Below, piece after piece: positions 1 through 11,620 of a stretch of 64,000 bases of DNA (the stretch's first letter is position 1; the number at the start of each line of letters is the position of its first letter). The notes under the pieces were generated by a model that saw only the letters and a program-made list of their open reading frames with translations, was not told where the DNA came from and made no database searches. The position numbers and the translations under genes are program-made. The stretch comes from Ginglymostoma cirratum (lineage: Eukaryota), in contig JAHRHZ010000140.1 of NCBI GenBank assembly GCA_024137785.1, forward strand, positions 33,708,805 through 33,772,804. The letters run 5' to 3'.

Positions 1-627
1 ACACCTGCGCTCAGTTCGCAACAAACAACTGCACCTCCCAGTCACGAACCATTTCAACTCCCCCTCCCATTCCTCAGACATGTCCATCCTGGGTCTCCTG
101 CAATGCCACAGTGATGCCACCCGAAGGCTGCAGGAACAACAAATCATATTCAGCCTGGGAACCCTGCAGCCCAATGGTATCAATGTGGATTTCACAAGCT
201 TCAAAATCTCCCCTCCCCCAACCGCATCCCAAAACCGGCCCAGCCAACCCCCCCCCCCCAACCTGTTTTTCCTCTCACCTATCCCCTCCTCCCACCTCAA
301 GCCCCACCCCATCTCCTATCTACTAACATCATCCCGCCCCCTTGACCTGTCCGTCCTCCCTGGACTGACCTATCTCCTCCCTACCCCCCTACCTACACTC
401 ACCTTTACTGGCTCCATCTCCGCCTCTTCGACTTGTCTGCCTCCTCTCCACCTATCCTCTCCTCTATCCATCCTCTATCCGCCTCCCCCTCTCTCCCTAT
501 TTATTTCAGAACCCTCTTCCCCTCCCCCATTTCTGATGAAGGGTCTTGGCCTGAAACGTCAAGTTTTCCTGCTCCTATGATGCTGCTTGGCCTGCTGTGT
601 TCATCCAGCCCCACACCTTGTTATCTT
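1..627 (+). mobile_element. Penelope-like element (PLE), 3' end: GIY-YIG endonuclease C-terminus plus pseudo-LTR
   Basis: Translation HLRSVRNKQLHLPVTNHFNSPSHSSDMSILGLLQCHSDATRRLQEQQIIFSLGTLQPNGINVDF matches the PLE GIY-YIG C-terminal pattern (PV..HFN...H; EQ..IF.LGTL.P.G.N). It is followed by a CT-rich UTR and a terminal repeat containing a hammerhead core. Confidence 0.85.
528..565 (+). ncRNA. Minimal type-I hammerhead ribozyme motif in PLE pseudo-LTR
   Basis: CTGATGA (533-539), A, stem II GGGT-cttg-GCCT, GAAA (553-556), CG, TC cleavage site (GTC at 558-560). Stem I is weak (ttt/aag). Confidence 0.7.
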
Positions 628-699
628 AGCTTCAATTTCAGTTTCTTTAGGGCATCTTTCCCATCCATTCCACTTCTGCTGTTTCCCCCTCCTTCAACA

Positions 700-830
700 G
701 CATAGAAGCTATCACTTTTTCAGAACCCTTTAGTTTTACAGAAAAATCATGTTGGATTTGAAATGTTAACACCTCCATGGCTGCTGTCCAACTTGCTGAG
801 CCTCTTCAGCACTTTCTGTTCTTGTATCAA
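700..830 (+). mobile_element. Old degenerate PLE pseudo-LTR fragment
   Basis: gaaatgttaac...ctgctgtccaacttgctgagcctcttcagcactttctgttcttg resembles the pLTR tails at 2100-2240 and 30081-30203. The hammerhead core is decayed. Confidence 0.4.
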
Positions 831-1043
831 GATCCTCTTGCATGGCCCTGCTTTCATATCCCACTTCTCTCTCTTCCCATACTCTTCTAATTTACCAACT
901 GCACATGGTCTGAGTTTGCACCGTGCACCATTTCTTCTTCCCTCCCAACAGCAAACCCCACCACAAGCACCCCAACCCTATCCACCAACTTCATCTCCTG
1001 TTGTTCTCCCCATGTATCGTTCTCCTCTCAGATGTCACAATAA

Positions 1044-1990
1044 ATTGATTTGATTTGATTTATTATTTTACCAAGATACAGTGAATAAGTATTGTTTTGC
1101 AGATAAATCATACCTTGCGTAAGTACACCAGGGTAATAGAACAGAATGCAGAATATAGTGTTACAGCTACTGAAAAGATTCAGAGAGAGATCAACTCTAA
1201 TATATAGAGGTCTGTTCATAAGTCTGGTAACAGCAGGGAAGAAGTTGTTCATAAACCTGTTAATACATGTTTTCAAACATTTGTATCTTCTGCCTGATGG
1301 AAGATCTTGGAAGAGAGTACAGCTGGCATGGGAGGGGTCTTTGATTATGTTGGCAGCTTTCCTGAGACAGCGGGAAGTATGGATGGAGTCACTGGAAGGA
1401 AGTTTGGTTTTTGTGATGGACTGGGCTGTGTTCATAACACTGTAATTTCTTGCAGTCTTGGGCAGAGCAGTTGCCATACCAAGCTATGATGCATCCGGAC
1501 AGGATGCTTTCTATGGTGCATCTATAAAAATTTGTAAGAGTCATTGTGAACAATTTCCTTTGCCTTCTGTGGAAGTGGAAGTGTTGGCATGCTTTCTTGA
1601 CTGTAGCATGAATGTAAATGGAGCAGAATAAATCATTGTGATATTTACTCCTAGGAACCTGAAGCTCTCAACCATCTCCACCTCAGCATAATTGATACAG
1701 TGTGTCATCCAATCCGCTTCCTGAAGGCAATGACCAGCTCCTTCATTTAGCTGGCATTGAGGGCGAGATATTTGGCTTTACACCATGCTACTAAGCTCTC
1801 TATCCCTTTCCTGTACTCTGTCTCGTTGTTCTTTGAGATCCGACCCACTACGGTGGTGTCATCAGCAAAATTGTAAATTGAGTTGGAGCTGAATTTGGCC
1901 ATGCAGTCATGAGTGTATAAGGAGTATAGTAAGGGTCTAAGAATGCAGCCTTGCGGGACACAGGTGTTGGGAGTTCTAATGGTAGTAGAA
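1044..1990 (-). mobile_element. Rex1/Babar-clade LINE, 5'-truncated (RT C-terminal half plus 3' end)
   Basis: VPQGCILRPLLYSLYTHDCMAKFSSNSIYNFADDTTVVGRISKNNETEYR..L.AWC (RT, FADD motif) and RCLRKAANIIKDPSH..LF..LPSGRRY....TxRFxNxFFP are typical Rex1 motifs. An (AAATC)n-type tail lies at 1046-1060. Confidence 0.85.
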
Positions 1991-2039
1991 AAGAGACGTA
2001 GATAAAGAGTCACAGACATAGGTGAAGAGTAGCTGTTAA

Positions 2040-2240
2040 TTGTGGATTTTAATAACTGAAAACAGGTCAGCTCTGTTGAGAGCAAACCCATGTTAACAAG
2101 ACAGTTCTGAAGAAGGGTCTCAGGAATTGCAATGTTTACTGTTCTCTCCATAGATGCTGCCAGACCTTTTGGGTTTCTCTAGCAGTTTCTATTTTGGTTG
2201 GTTTGTTTCAGATCTCCAACATCTGCATTTCTTTGTTTCA
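2040..2240 (+). mobile_element. PLE pseudo-LTR with decayed hammerhead motif
   Basis: acagtt-CTGAAGA-agggtctcaggaatt-GCAA-tgtt-tactgt, with GAAA mutated to GCAA and stem I acagt/actgt, followed by ctctccatagatgctgccagacc... tail. Confidence 0.55.
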
Positions 2241-2249
2241 CTTAAAGAA

Positions 2250-2415
2250 GACGTTGAGTGGGCTGTGATGGTGGAGGTAGTAAAAATGGAGTGGAGGATA
2301 AAGTTTAAAGTCTGAATCTGTGGAACTCAATATTGAGTTCTGGAGGCATTAAAATGCCTAAGAGCTAAATGAGGTGCTGTTCCTTCAGCTTGCTTTGGGC
2401 TTCACTGAAACACAA
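2250..2415 (-). mobile_element. PLE GIY-YIG C-terminal fragment
   Basis: Minus strand reads CFSEAQSKLKEQHLI*LLGILMPPELNIEFH, homologous to the PLE end at 80-200. Confidence 0.6.
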
Positions 2416-3004
2416 ACCTGGGATGTAAATGTTCTCATGAGAGCAAGATCTCTCCAGCATCCGCACTAATTTAGTTTGATTGTAAGAGGATCTTGTAATA
2501 TTTCAGCATCACCATCTACAGGTATGATATATGCCCAATTCACATTAAGTTATTTCAATCACAGACTGCAAAGTTCATGCATGATAACAAAAAGATGCTG
2601 ATTAACCTTTAACTTCTCTCTTTGTGTTGCTGAGCTGAGGAATGATCTGCCTCAATGAGGGCAAGCACTGTCTCTTTTATGGGGCTAAGGACATGTAGCT
2701 ATGCCTGTCTGTTGCCAGTTAGCTCCTTGGGCAGCCTTGTTCTACAAAAGAGATGGAAGGATATCAGAGGATATGGTGAAATCTGCTGAATGGAGTCAGT
2801 CATGAAACTTGAATAACTTGATGTGCATATAAGCTGGAGATGGGGGTCTTGAAGCTTACAGCAACATTAGTGTGTGAAGGTTAGTTAAGGTTACAGACGT
2901 TAGGGATAAGTCCTGATTGTTAGAAATTGTTGGGATGTGACTGATAAGGCTGTGGTGCACCAAACAGTATATGAGGCTACTGGGTTTTTGATTTTCTTGA
3001 TTTT

Positions 3005-3212
3005 TCTTGATTTTAATTTAATTGTCACGTGTACCGAAATACAGTGAAAAGCTTTGTTTATGAGTGGTACAGGCAGATCACAGCAAGGAAAGGGTGAACA
3101 GATCAAAAAGACTTAGAGGCACACAGGTTACATTGCAGGTTACATTACTCGAGTCTGATAACAGCTGGAAAGAAGCAGTTCCTGAACCTGCTTGTGCATG
3201 TGTTCAGGCTTC
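3005..3212 (-). mobile_element. Rex1-type LINE 3' end fragment
   Basis: Similar to 1060-1285 (aagatacagtgaa..., agtctgataacagc.ggaaagaag..gttcctgaacctg). Confidence 0.65.
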
Positions 3213-3556
3213 TAAACTTATGGCATTTGATGATGCACACTGACATTGACCACTCTTGTGAGGCCAATTAACTTCATGTGACACTGCACCCTGGTCTTTG
3301 AGGCTTACCTCCTGGAACTGACTGCCACAGCTATCTGCTCACATTGTTTTCTGTGAGTTTGTCTGGAGGCCTTCCTGGATCCCTCTGAGTGAAGGACATT
3401 TTCCTTCTCTATACCTCCTCAACTGCAACCTTCAGAGCTGATGTCTGTAGTCATGCAACAGACATGTTATAGCTGGCTGCATAATACATTTGCCAAGTTG
3501 ACATGCCAGCAGTTTAAAAACTGAAAAAAAAAATCATAGCTGTATGTATAACTAAC

Positions 3557-3790
3557 AATTGTTGCCCTTGAACTGAATGGCTTTCTAGTGCAGGAACTAT
3601 CATATCTAAGGGCAGTTAAAAATCAACCACATTGCTGTGGATCTGGAATCACATGTAGTCTAGACCAGGTAAGGACGGCAGATTTCCTTTTGGGACCCAG
3701 ATCGAAATGTACTTTTATAAGAATTAACAATAGTTTTGTGGTTATCATGCTGATATTAATGTTCGATCCCAGATTTTAATTACCAGCTAC
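3557..3790 (-). mobile_element. tRNA-derived SINE (second family), partial
   Basis: agggcagttaaaaatcaaccacattgctgtggatctggaatcacatgta..agaccaggtaagga matches the fuller copies at 46381-46698 and 49072-49432. Confidence 0.6.
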
Positions 3791-3794
3791 CAGG

Positions 3795-4108
3795 ATGGAA
3801 ACACAGGAACAGGGGTAAGCCATTCAGCTTGCCCTGCTACTCAATACAATAATGGCTGATCAAAAACTTTAATGCCTTTTACTCATCCCATCTCCATAAT
3901 CCTGTATGCCATTAGTAATCCAAAATCTATCAATCTCAACCTTAAACATTGGCAAAGCCAGAGTCTGTACAGCCCTCTGTGGTAGAGAATTCCAAAGGTT
4001 CACAATCCACTGAGTAAAAGGAATTCTCCTCATCACAGGCCTACAGGTAAGATGTTTCACCTGATTGGACAGTATAGAACCAGGGGGCACAATTTAAAAG
4101 TATGAGAG
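3795..4108 (-). mobile_element. CR1 LINE 3' end with inverted 5' segment
   Basis: Minus strand RRIPFTQWIVNLWNSLPQRAV...FKVEIDRF is the CR1 ORF2 C-terminus. 4048-4108 is the adjacent upstream CR1 segment (atgtttc...tagaaccagggggcacaatttaaaa) on the + strand. Confidence 0.75.
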
Positions 4109-4399
4109 TTGCAAAGCCAGCTCCCTAGAGGACAAGATAGCACTGCCCCCAGAGCATCTCAACATCGTTCCTTCACCAAAAGTGAGCAACCTTCAACCAG
4201 ACATGCTGCAGCCTCTGTCCTAGCACTGCATTGGTGCACTCAGCAGGCAAAGGTGTTAGGGAAATGCAAATGGATGATTAATTGATATTGGTACACCATA
4301 TGGCAGGATTTCATTTGTAGATTTGAATGAGATGTTCATTTGGTGTTTCATTTTATTTCTACGTTAGGGCTCAATGGATGTTATAATGGTCAGGAGCAA

Positions 4400-5400
4400 A
4401 GGGAGATGTAGCCATGAACCTGCTGGTGGTGAAGAACTGCAGCGTGTTTACTGCTATTGCAGTTGGATACTGGCTTATCACAGACATCACTCCCAGAAAG
4501 GGGTTGATTTAGATTTCCATCTCTCTTCCTCTTCCTCCTCCTGGTGCTTCTACCTCTCAACTGCTTGCTGATTGGTAGGCCCTAAGTTTATTGCAGCCTC
4601 ATAATGCAGCATGTAACAAACCATTATAAATTGTGATAAACATTCTGCTACTTACATCAGGGCTCTTTAAGAGCAGCCAAGGTAGTCGAAGGATCAGCAT
4701 CTGAGTACTCTGCTGTATCACATTTCCAATCACGGTACGGTTTTCATTGCATGCACTTTGCCTATGTGTGTGTGGGGTCATGAACCACATCATCAGCGAT
4801 ACCTTTTCTCAGCCAGTGGCCACCCTCTGGTTTACTGTGCGGCTCAAATCCAGAAGATGTAATGGATTGCTCAGAATGAAGGCATTGTGACTCCTGCTAG
4901 GACACTGAGTTCTAACCTGCATAATGCAGCCACACACCAGCTGGATTTTCAGGGGCTGGAATCTCATTTAGTTGTGGTGTATCTCACACATTACATGCAA
5001 CACCTGCAAAATAGTGTCCAAGTCTATTGAGAAACTTGCAATCCTCACAAAGCTGTGTTAACTCTGCTTACTGCTGCCTGACCAGGGAGAATGAAACGAG
5101 GACAGCTATATATTTGCATAGATGGCATCTGTGACCTCCCTTATGTTTGCAAATTGTAACATATTACAAATATCTGCTGTTCTGACCCATGAGGAGTAGT
5201 GTAAGCAAATCAGCATAGGAAGATCTTCATTCTCGATCTGCTGATAAATATGTGAAGTGGGTGAAATCTTAGCAGGTTCTGAGTGACATGGGCTATGGTG
5301 AGATGAGTCATCTGAACATTGAGATCATTTTGCCGCAGTATGGCAAGATTCACACCAGGGCGATGATACTCTTTATTGCTCGGTAAATGGCTTGTTACAG
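4400..5400 (-). mobile_element. PIF/Harbinger DDE transposase remnant
   Basis: Minus-strand fragments ADICNMLQFANIREVTDAIYA, LKIQLVC..IMQVRTQCPSRSHNAFIL, WFMTP, VIQQSTQML.LR and GLLHAA follow the Harbinger/HARBI1 motif order (IREVT.AL; NVQ.VC; PGS.HD.FIL; WLMTP; IE..IG.LK.RF; C.LHN). An acidic tail lies near 4520-4560. Stops and frameshifts are present. Confidence 0.7.
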
Positions 5401-5489
5401 CCAAACTTGCCACAGGTTGCAACCTTACCAAAATCACTATATGATCTAACTGCCGGCTAAAGTTGACATGAAAACCAGAATTAGTTCTT

Positions 5490-6480
5490 GGCAGATTCAA
5501 CATGCCTGTCACTCCAGGATGATCCATGTTGGCCATGGACAAACTGGAGAGCAGGGCACAATCCATCAGCAGAAGCCACACAGATCCTTCCTCATAGTCA
5601 TTAGTACTCCATTTTCTGAGAAGCAGTGCCACTATCCTGGCATCCTTCAATATACTGCTACTGTTCCCTACAAGGATAGACTGGTCTAAAAAGGCATGCC
5701 AGCAACCAGCAGTGTGTGGCATCGGGTACAGGTATCGCACAGGAAAAGCAATCCATGACATGTTTTTACCAGGCTATCTACCGGGACACCCCCTTGCTCT
5801 CAGCACACATTTTCCTGGTGCTTAGTGGCATACCATAAACATGTATGCCTCCTTCTGCACTGCATTGACGTGCCTTGCCTTGCATTGGCATTGTCAGATG
5901 GCCATGTCGAGTTGTGCAGCAGTGCTCGGTCAAGTGTGCTTCCATCTTGTTGTACATCAGTGTGCCACGTCACTCTAGCACCTGTACAATCACATGGCTT
6001 TAGCATTCACTCTAAACACATCTTGTTCTTGTGTCCATTGGAATTCTCACTATTGTGATAGAAAACAACAGTGCCCACTGTTGGTGCCATGTTGTAAATA
6101 CTGTGATGCCAACCACCTTCAGTTTGTAGTTGGGGTAGTTTGCTGTCACAATCTCTTTCCATTTTTCGGGTTCAAGGGCCGACTTGGTCTACAGCAGTCG
6201 AGCAAAACTACCAGTAAGCCTTAATGAGAAGAGGCCCTTATCTTAAACAAGATATAGTTCATTGCAAGCTATTTACAAGTTACATTAGTAGGTTAAACAT
6301 TGTGGATAAGACTATTGAGAGACCTGTGGGTGAAGGTCTTCATCTGCAAGATCGTAAGTTGCTCTGCCTTTCCATACCAAATCCTTATGACCTCATCAGA
6401 CCAAGTGGAGCTTAATGCAGTTTTCAACATTAGCATTTTTAGAACCATTACCTTAGAAAGTACATATGTGCCTAAACCAT
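5490..6480 (-). mobile_element. Ty3/Gypsy pol remnant (RT, thumb, RNase H, start of integrase), highly decayed
   Basis: Ordered minus-strand motifs SALEPEKWKEI..P (cf. PDPEK.KAI), EFQWTQEQD (F.W..EQ), VQQDGS (LQ.DAS), PGKNMS (PGK.M..AD) and HPGVTGM (integrase HPG...M). 6365-6455 is homologous to 37487-37578. Confidence 0.5.
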
Positions 6481-6524
6481 TAAGGTGCACGTCAGGCTAA
6501 GAGCATGGTTATAAATTATACAGA

Positions 6525-7376
6525 ATCCTGTGCTTTTTAACTGAGTCTTAGAGTACAAGAGTAAAAAGTTATGTTGAACTTGCAAACATCACTAGTTTAT
6601 CCTCAGTGCTATGTCCAGTTCTAAACATCGCAAGTTTGGCAGGATGTGAAGGTATGGTGGCACAGTGGTTAGCACTGCTGCCTCACAACACCAGAGACCC
6701 AGGTTCAATCCCAGCCTTGGGCGACTGTCTGTGTGGAGTTTGCACATTCTCCCTGTGTCTGCATGGATTTCCTCCAGGTGCTCTGGTTTTCCCCCACAGT
6801 CCAAAGATGTGCAGGTCAGGTTGATTGGCCATGCTAAATTGCCCATAGGGTTCAGGGAGGTGTAGGTTATGGGGATGTGTCTTGGTGGGATGCTCCGTGG
6901 TTCGGTGTGGACTTGTTTGGCCGAAGGGCCTGTTTCCACACTGTAGGGATTCTATGTATTAGATAGTGTGAAAAGATGATCAACCTCAGTTATGAAGATA
7001 GTCTGGGGAATTTCATACTATTTTCCTAAGAGAAAAGAAGGCTGAATGGAGTTTACATGCAGGGGTTCAAAATGATGAGCATGCTGGACAGAGTGGATAA
7101 GGAGAAATTGACCCCTCTTGTGTCAACTGACAACAAGAGGGGAGAGGTTTAAAGCTAAGTTGTGAAGAGGAACAACATTTCCATATGGCAAGTGGTTAGG
7201 ATTTGGAATGCACAGCCTGAGAGTGGTGAGGCAGATCAAATCAGGCTTTCAAAATGGAATTTGACTGTAATCTGAAAAAAAATAATGTGCAGTATTACAG
7301 GGAGAATGTGGGGAAATTCCACCGAGGGAGGACTTATTCGAAGAGCCAGTTTAGACTTGATGGGCAAAATGGACCC
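6525..7376 (+). mobile_element. CR1 LINE 3' portion, interrupted by an HE1 SINE
   Basis: gagtacaagagtaaaaagttatgttgaacttg..., gagaaaagaaggctga, tggaatgcacagcctgaga and a gatgggcaaaatgg tail are CR1 ORF2 end and 3'UTR patterns. Confidence 0.7.
6651..6956 (+). mobile_element. HE1-type V-SINE (tRNA-derived)
   Basis: A box tggcacagtggttagca, B box ggttcaatccc, V-domain core (ctgtgtggagtttgcacattctccc...cacagtccaaagatgtgcagg...gattggccatgctaaattgccc) and a CR1-like tail ggccgaagggcctgtttcc...attctatg. Confidence 0.9.
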
Positions 7377-8319
7377 TTTACATAAGCTTTGAGGGTTGCA
7401 CTAAATCTTTGATATTAAGACAATAAAATAAACATAAAGTAAACTGATAGAGCACGCATATTCTATATCATAAAAATTCTGTGAATTCAATTTGTGAACT
7501 TTGTAAGACAAATAACGGTTACCTTTTGAGTCCGATAAATCCAGACTTGTTTGAGTTGCATTTTTATCAAAGCTATTATCAGTTTTTCAATCCAGCAGCC
7601 ATTTAACACATAGCTTTAACATTTAATCTCCAAACTAAAAGTCATATCCCTGAAATTAAAAGTTACATTTCTAAAACATATGAATTATGAATCAAATATT
7701 TGCACCATCTACAAGTGTTTAAGGACCCTTTAAATAACATTGGTGGCAGGTCTTACCAGCTGCTGAATCTTACCAGCTGCTGACTACATGTACACTTGTA
7801 TGTAATTAGAATATGTTGTCAGTGAGGTGCAGAGCTCCAAAGTGTCAGTGCTGGCATCATACTAGCATTTCACACTGATCGACATTATGATCTTCCTACT
7901 CTGATACTTCCAGGAACATTCACTGCAAGTATGATAATGACATAATTCATGGCATCTTTCATGACTCACACAAAAAGTATAAGTGCAGCACAAATGCCAT
8001 TCCTCAAGGTTATTGTAATGCCCATAGTTTAGTTGCTATGGATCTGAATTTTGAGCACTTTTATTTTTAATATGGACAGATTTTAGAAAACAGAGCTTTT
8101 ATATGATAAAGGAAAAGCTGATCAGTGTCCTCTTGTACAATAGTTATCCATCAAGAATGCTCAATGCATTAATATATTCACAATTTAATTCCTCATGTAG
8201 CTTTCACCTTCGTGTATTTATTGAATACCAATTCTGGCATGCATGGTCTATCAGTTTACTTTATGGTTTTTTTTGTCTTAATATCAAAGATTTAGTGCAA
8301 CCCTCAAAGCTTATGTAAA
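7377..8319. repeat. Long inverted repeat pair bounding ~940 bp (candidate non-autonomous DNA transposon)
   Basis: 7377-7423 is the exact reverse complement of 8273-8319 (47 bp). Similarity extends with mismatches to ~83 bp (7377-7459 vs 8239-8319). TA dinucleotides at 7379-80 and 8316-17. Confidence 0.75.
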
Positions 8320-11029
8320 ATGTAAAAGGTTACTTTGCTGGCTTTGAGTATTATACACTATTACTCAGTGACTGGTGTAGAGATTGCTCTGCTCAGCTCA
8401 CAATCTGAGTTATATTGAGCAGGCTCAAGCCGAGGCAAAATCAAAGAGGGACATCACACAATGTGGTTCTCAATATGGCCTGCCAGATGACCACTTGTTA
8501 TTTTTATAGGATTTGATGGACAAAGAAAGATAATTTAAAAGGGGGGAAGTTTTCTCAAAGAAATCCCTTTAAAAACCTGGGAAAGTTGTTTAACTGACAC
8601 AGTATGAATTGCAATAACACTTCTTCATTAACGTTTCCTGAAAATTGCTTTTATCATCAATGCTAAATGATGTCCACCTCTTCTATTCTCCTTGCTCACT
8701 TTATTAGCATCCTGTTCCACTAATGGAGCTGAACTGCAATAATATGTTCATTGTTTTAGGAATGCGAGAAAGCAATCTCATATTAGGAGGTGTTCATCTT
8801 CTTTAGCTGAGTATATTTTTTCCACATTCATCACACAGGGGCCTTGTAAATGGATCGGAACTGGATGCACAGACTGAGGTAACTGAAAGTCCCTTAGGAG
8901 AGGAGGCCATTGCAGTTTTTAAAGTATGTCTGTACATACACCCCCTTTAAAAAGCGGCATTTCCTGTCCTATCCGTATATGATGTCTGAATAATCAATCA
9001 AATCTAATTGCAGCATTGCTGCCATTACCTTTCTAGTCACTTAATTGAGTTCTTTTTGGATAAGCATGATAGAATGAGCAATAACATTGAAATAAATTCC
9101 TCACATCAAATAGCCCATAATTTTTCAAGCTAGTTTTACTCAATCTAGCCCCACTAACAATCTAAATGTTCCATTAAGCACTATTCATTTAAGTCAGAAG
9201 GTAGGCTGAACATAACTATTCACACTTGATTTATCCTGAATAATAGCCGATCTTAAATTCAGCTAATTTTCTTTTCCTATGTTGGTAGGAGAATTATGTC
9301 AGTCATTCAGAGATTACAGAAGGGTGATCAAAAACCCAGAGCATGTCATCTTCTGCACGTCTAAAAATTGAGCAGCTTACCATTGAAGCTTGAGACTGGA
9401 TTTACTCTACAAAAAGCATTGCCACTTATTTATAGTTCAGAAGTATGAAATTGTGGATGCAGTAAAGAATTATTGAAGAAAATGTTGAGCAGAGGAAAAT
9501 AATTTATGAAAGCCTGTTTTGTTGAAAAAAGATGGTTTAGGACAAATAAAATCAATTTTGTGACATTGGATCTTAATGTAAGTTTGGATATACTGTTCAG
9601 GACTGACTTTAATCTTGGTTAAAATGGTGATAAACACAAACACAAATCAGCAACACAATAGGAAATACGTAGCCACCATTTTAACCACACTGTTTCCAGT
9701 TTCAGGAAAATGATAGACAGAAATTTGGTTAATATTAAAGTTTAGAACGTAACAACATCATTCCGACCCCAAGGCAATTTTAACCCTAAATTGCAGAAGC
9801 CATATACAGTTCTTTCAGCGAAGGCCAGATCCATTGAAGGCCAGATTTTAATTATGTGCATGTGGATGGTTTTGAATGAGATTAAATTTTCTCCCTGGTG
9901 TGGGAAGGATAGTGGCTGAAAAAAGGTTCAAGTAAATTTCAGTTGCTCTTTCTTGAGGTTGTCTAGTATATGTACACTTCACATCTTCGCACATTTAGAT
10001 TCCTACTTTCTAGGTAACATTTAAATCTCTATTTTTCGTATTAAGTGTACAGAATATCTCACTTCATATCATTGCACACAATGTCATTAACATTGATCTC
10101 CAATTAGTGACCTGAATACACATTGCTTTGCTGCTGATATTAATATCATTGTAAGTCTGATCATTCCCAAGTAACTTCCATGTGGCTGCTGTGAGTGTTT
10201 TAGTTCAGCTGAGGTGGAAGCAAGCAATCCTGAGAGGAATCAGTACTGGAAACTGCCCAAGTTTTCATTCAGACTGGGCACAGTTGTAGTGGTCTGCAAT
10301 CGTCCTTTTAAAGAACATTAGTCAATCATTCACCATGTGTACAGTGTGAACCACACAAAACAGCCCTTCCATCCCATCACCCAGCATGGTTATCTTAAAT
10401 TGTAGAAGCATTATTCATTATTATAACTCACTTAGTCATCCCTTGTGACAACTTGAAGAGGCAAAAACCAATTTGCTGAAGAAAACCCTGACAAAGTTCA
10501 AATGAACAGAACCATTAACAATGCAGTCAATTGCCACAGGTAGACTTAGAGACAGTAGAGGGAAGAAATTGCAGTAGTCACTGGAAAAATTCTTAAAAAG
10601 GCATAATGTCAAAGAACTCTTCAGAAGAAGTTGTGAAGTGTCCTACTGGCCTTTCGAAAAACCCACAAAAAATCCCCTTCCAGTGGACTGGCAACAAGTT
10701 TTCCAATCTCCTGTAAAACCACCATTGCCACTCATCCATTCCCCTAAGTGAGTCAAGGCTTCATAACTCAATGTCTCCCTAAGTTGATTCTCTCTTAGCT
10801 TTTTCACTTCAGGATAATTTTATTGTTGATGTTTTCTGGTTTCTTAACTTTAATATACACATTGATGTAGAAATGTATATCTCTAAAGCCTTCCACCAAG
10901 AATGTAACCCCATTTTATAACAGGTCTATGTTTTGCATACTGTCATTTTGCATATTGGCATACATATTTTCCAAGAACCAATTAATGCAGTAACCAAGGC
11001 GTTAACCACAATGTTATGATGAGTCTACC

Positions 11030-11150
11030 TACATCAAATATACTGCAGTGGTTTAAGAAGGCAGACAGCTTCTTAAGAGCAGCTATGGACAGGCACTAAT
11101 TTTTGGACCAGTTAGTGACAGCCACATCCCATGATAGAATTTTCAAAAAT
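11030..11150 (+). mobile_element. LINE 3' terminus (CR1/L2 group; partner tail of second SINE family)
   Basis: ctgcagtggtttaagaaggcag...cttcttaagagcagcta...gccacatcccatga resembles 21195-21372 and the SINE tail at 46381-46460. Confidence 0.55.
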
Positions 11151-11199
11151 TCATATGCCAATTATATACTGATCTATAACGTTTTATTATTGTCTTCCT

Positions 11200-11620
11200 G
11201 TAACTTATTCCAGTTCTCGCTACTGTCGGTTATTATTCCCAATTTACTGTCGCTGAGAATTTAGAAATTGTGCTGTTCCAAAATCCAAATTAGTAGTGTA
11301 CATTACGAACAAAATTGACCCTACACTGATCCTTGAGAGACCCGATTTCCTATCTTCTGTCACTCTGAAAAGCTATCCTTCACCCACTGCTTTGTGTGTC
11401 TCAGCCAGCTAGCAGTCCATTCTGCTTCTTGCCCCTGACTTCGCAGACTCTAGCCTTATTTATTCATGCATTAAATTGTGTGTTATTGATGGCATTTTGA
11501 TACCTTGATATAATACTTCTACTATATTACCCTTTCCAATTCTGGTACCTATTCAAACAAATTCAATGAAGTTGATCAAGCAAGACTTTGAATATTGAGA
11601 TGCAAGATGACTTTATTGTT
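11200..11620 (-). mobile_element. CR1 RT fragment, old
   Basis: Minus strand gives KSCLINFIEF (SCLTNL.EF), a GSV.G-like segment (caaggatcagtgtagggtc) and a decayed FADD-region segment. Confidence 0.6.

Noticed and set aside
80-580. 166-aa ORF as a host gene
   Set aside because: Only the first ~43 aa are PLE endonuclease. The rest is read-through into a CT-rich UTR giving Pro/Ser/Leu low complexity.
5210-5761. 183-aa ORF as a gene or restriction-like endonuclease
   Set aside because: It spans the junction of Gypsy and Harbinger remnants and shows no coherent domain or CCHC motif.
6293-6451. Terminal exon of a minus-strand host gene
   Set aside because: It lies in line with Gypsy pol motifs, and its homologue at 37.5 kb has a stop and a frameshift.
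6651-6725. tRNA genes at SINE heads (also 17092, 36893, 46620-46698)
   Set aside because: A and B boxes are present but they continue into SINE bodies with no intact cloverleaf.
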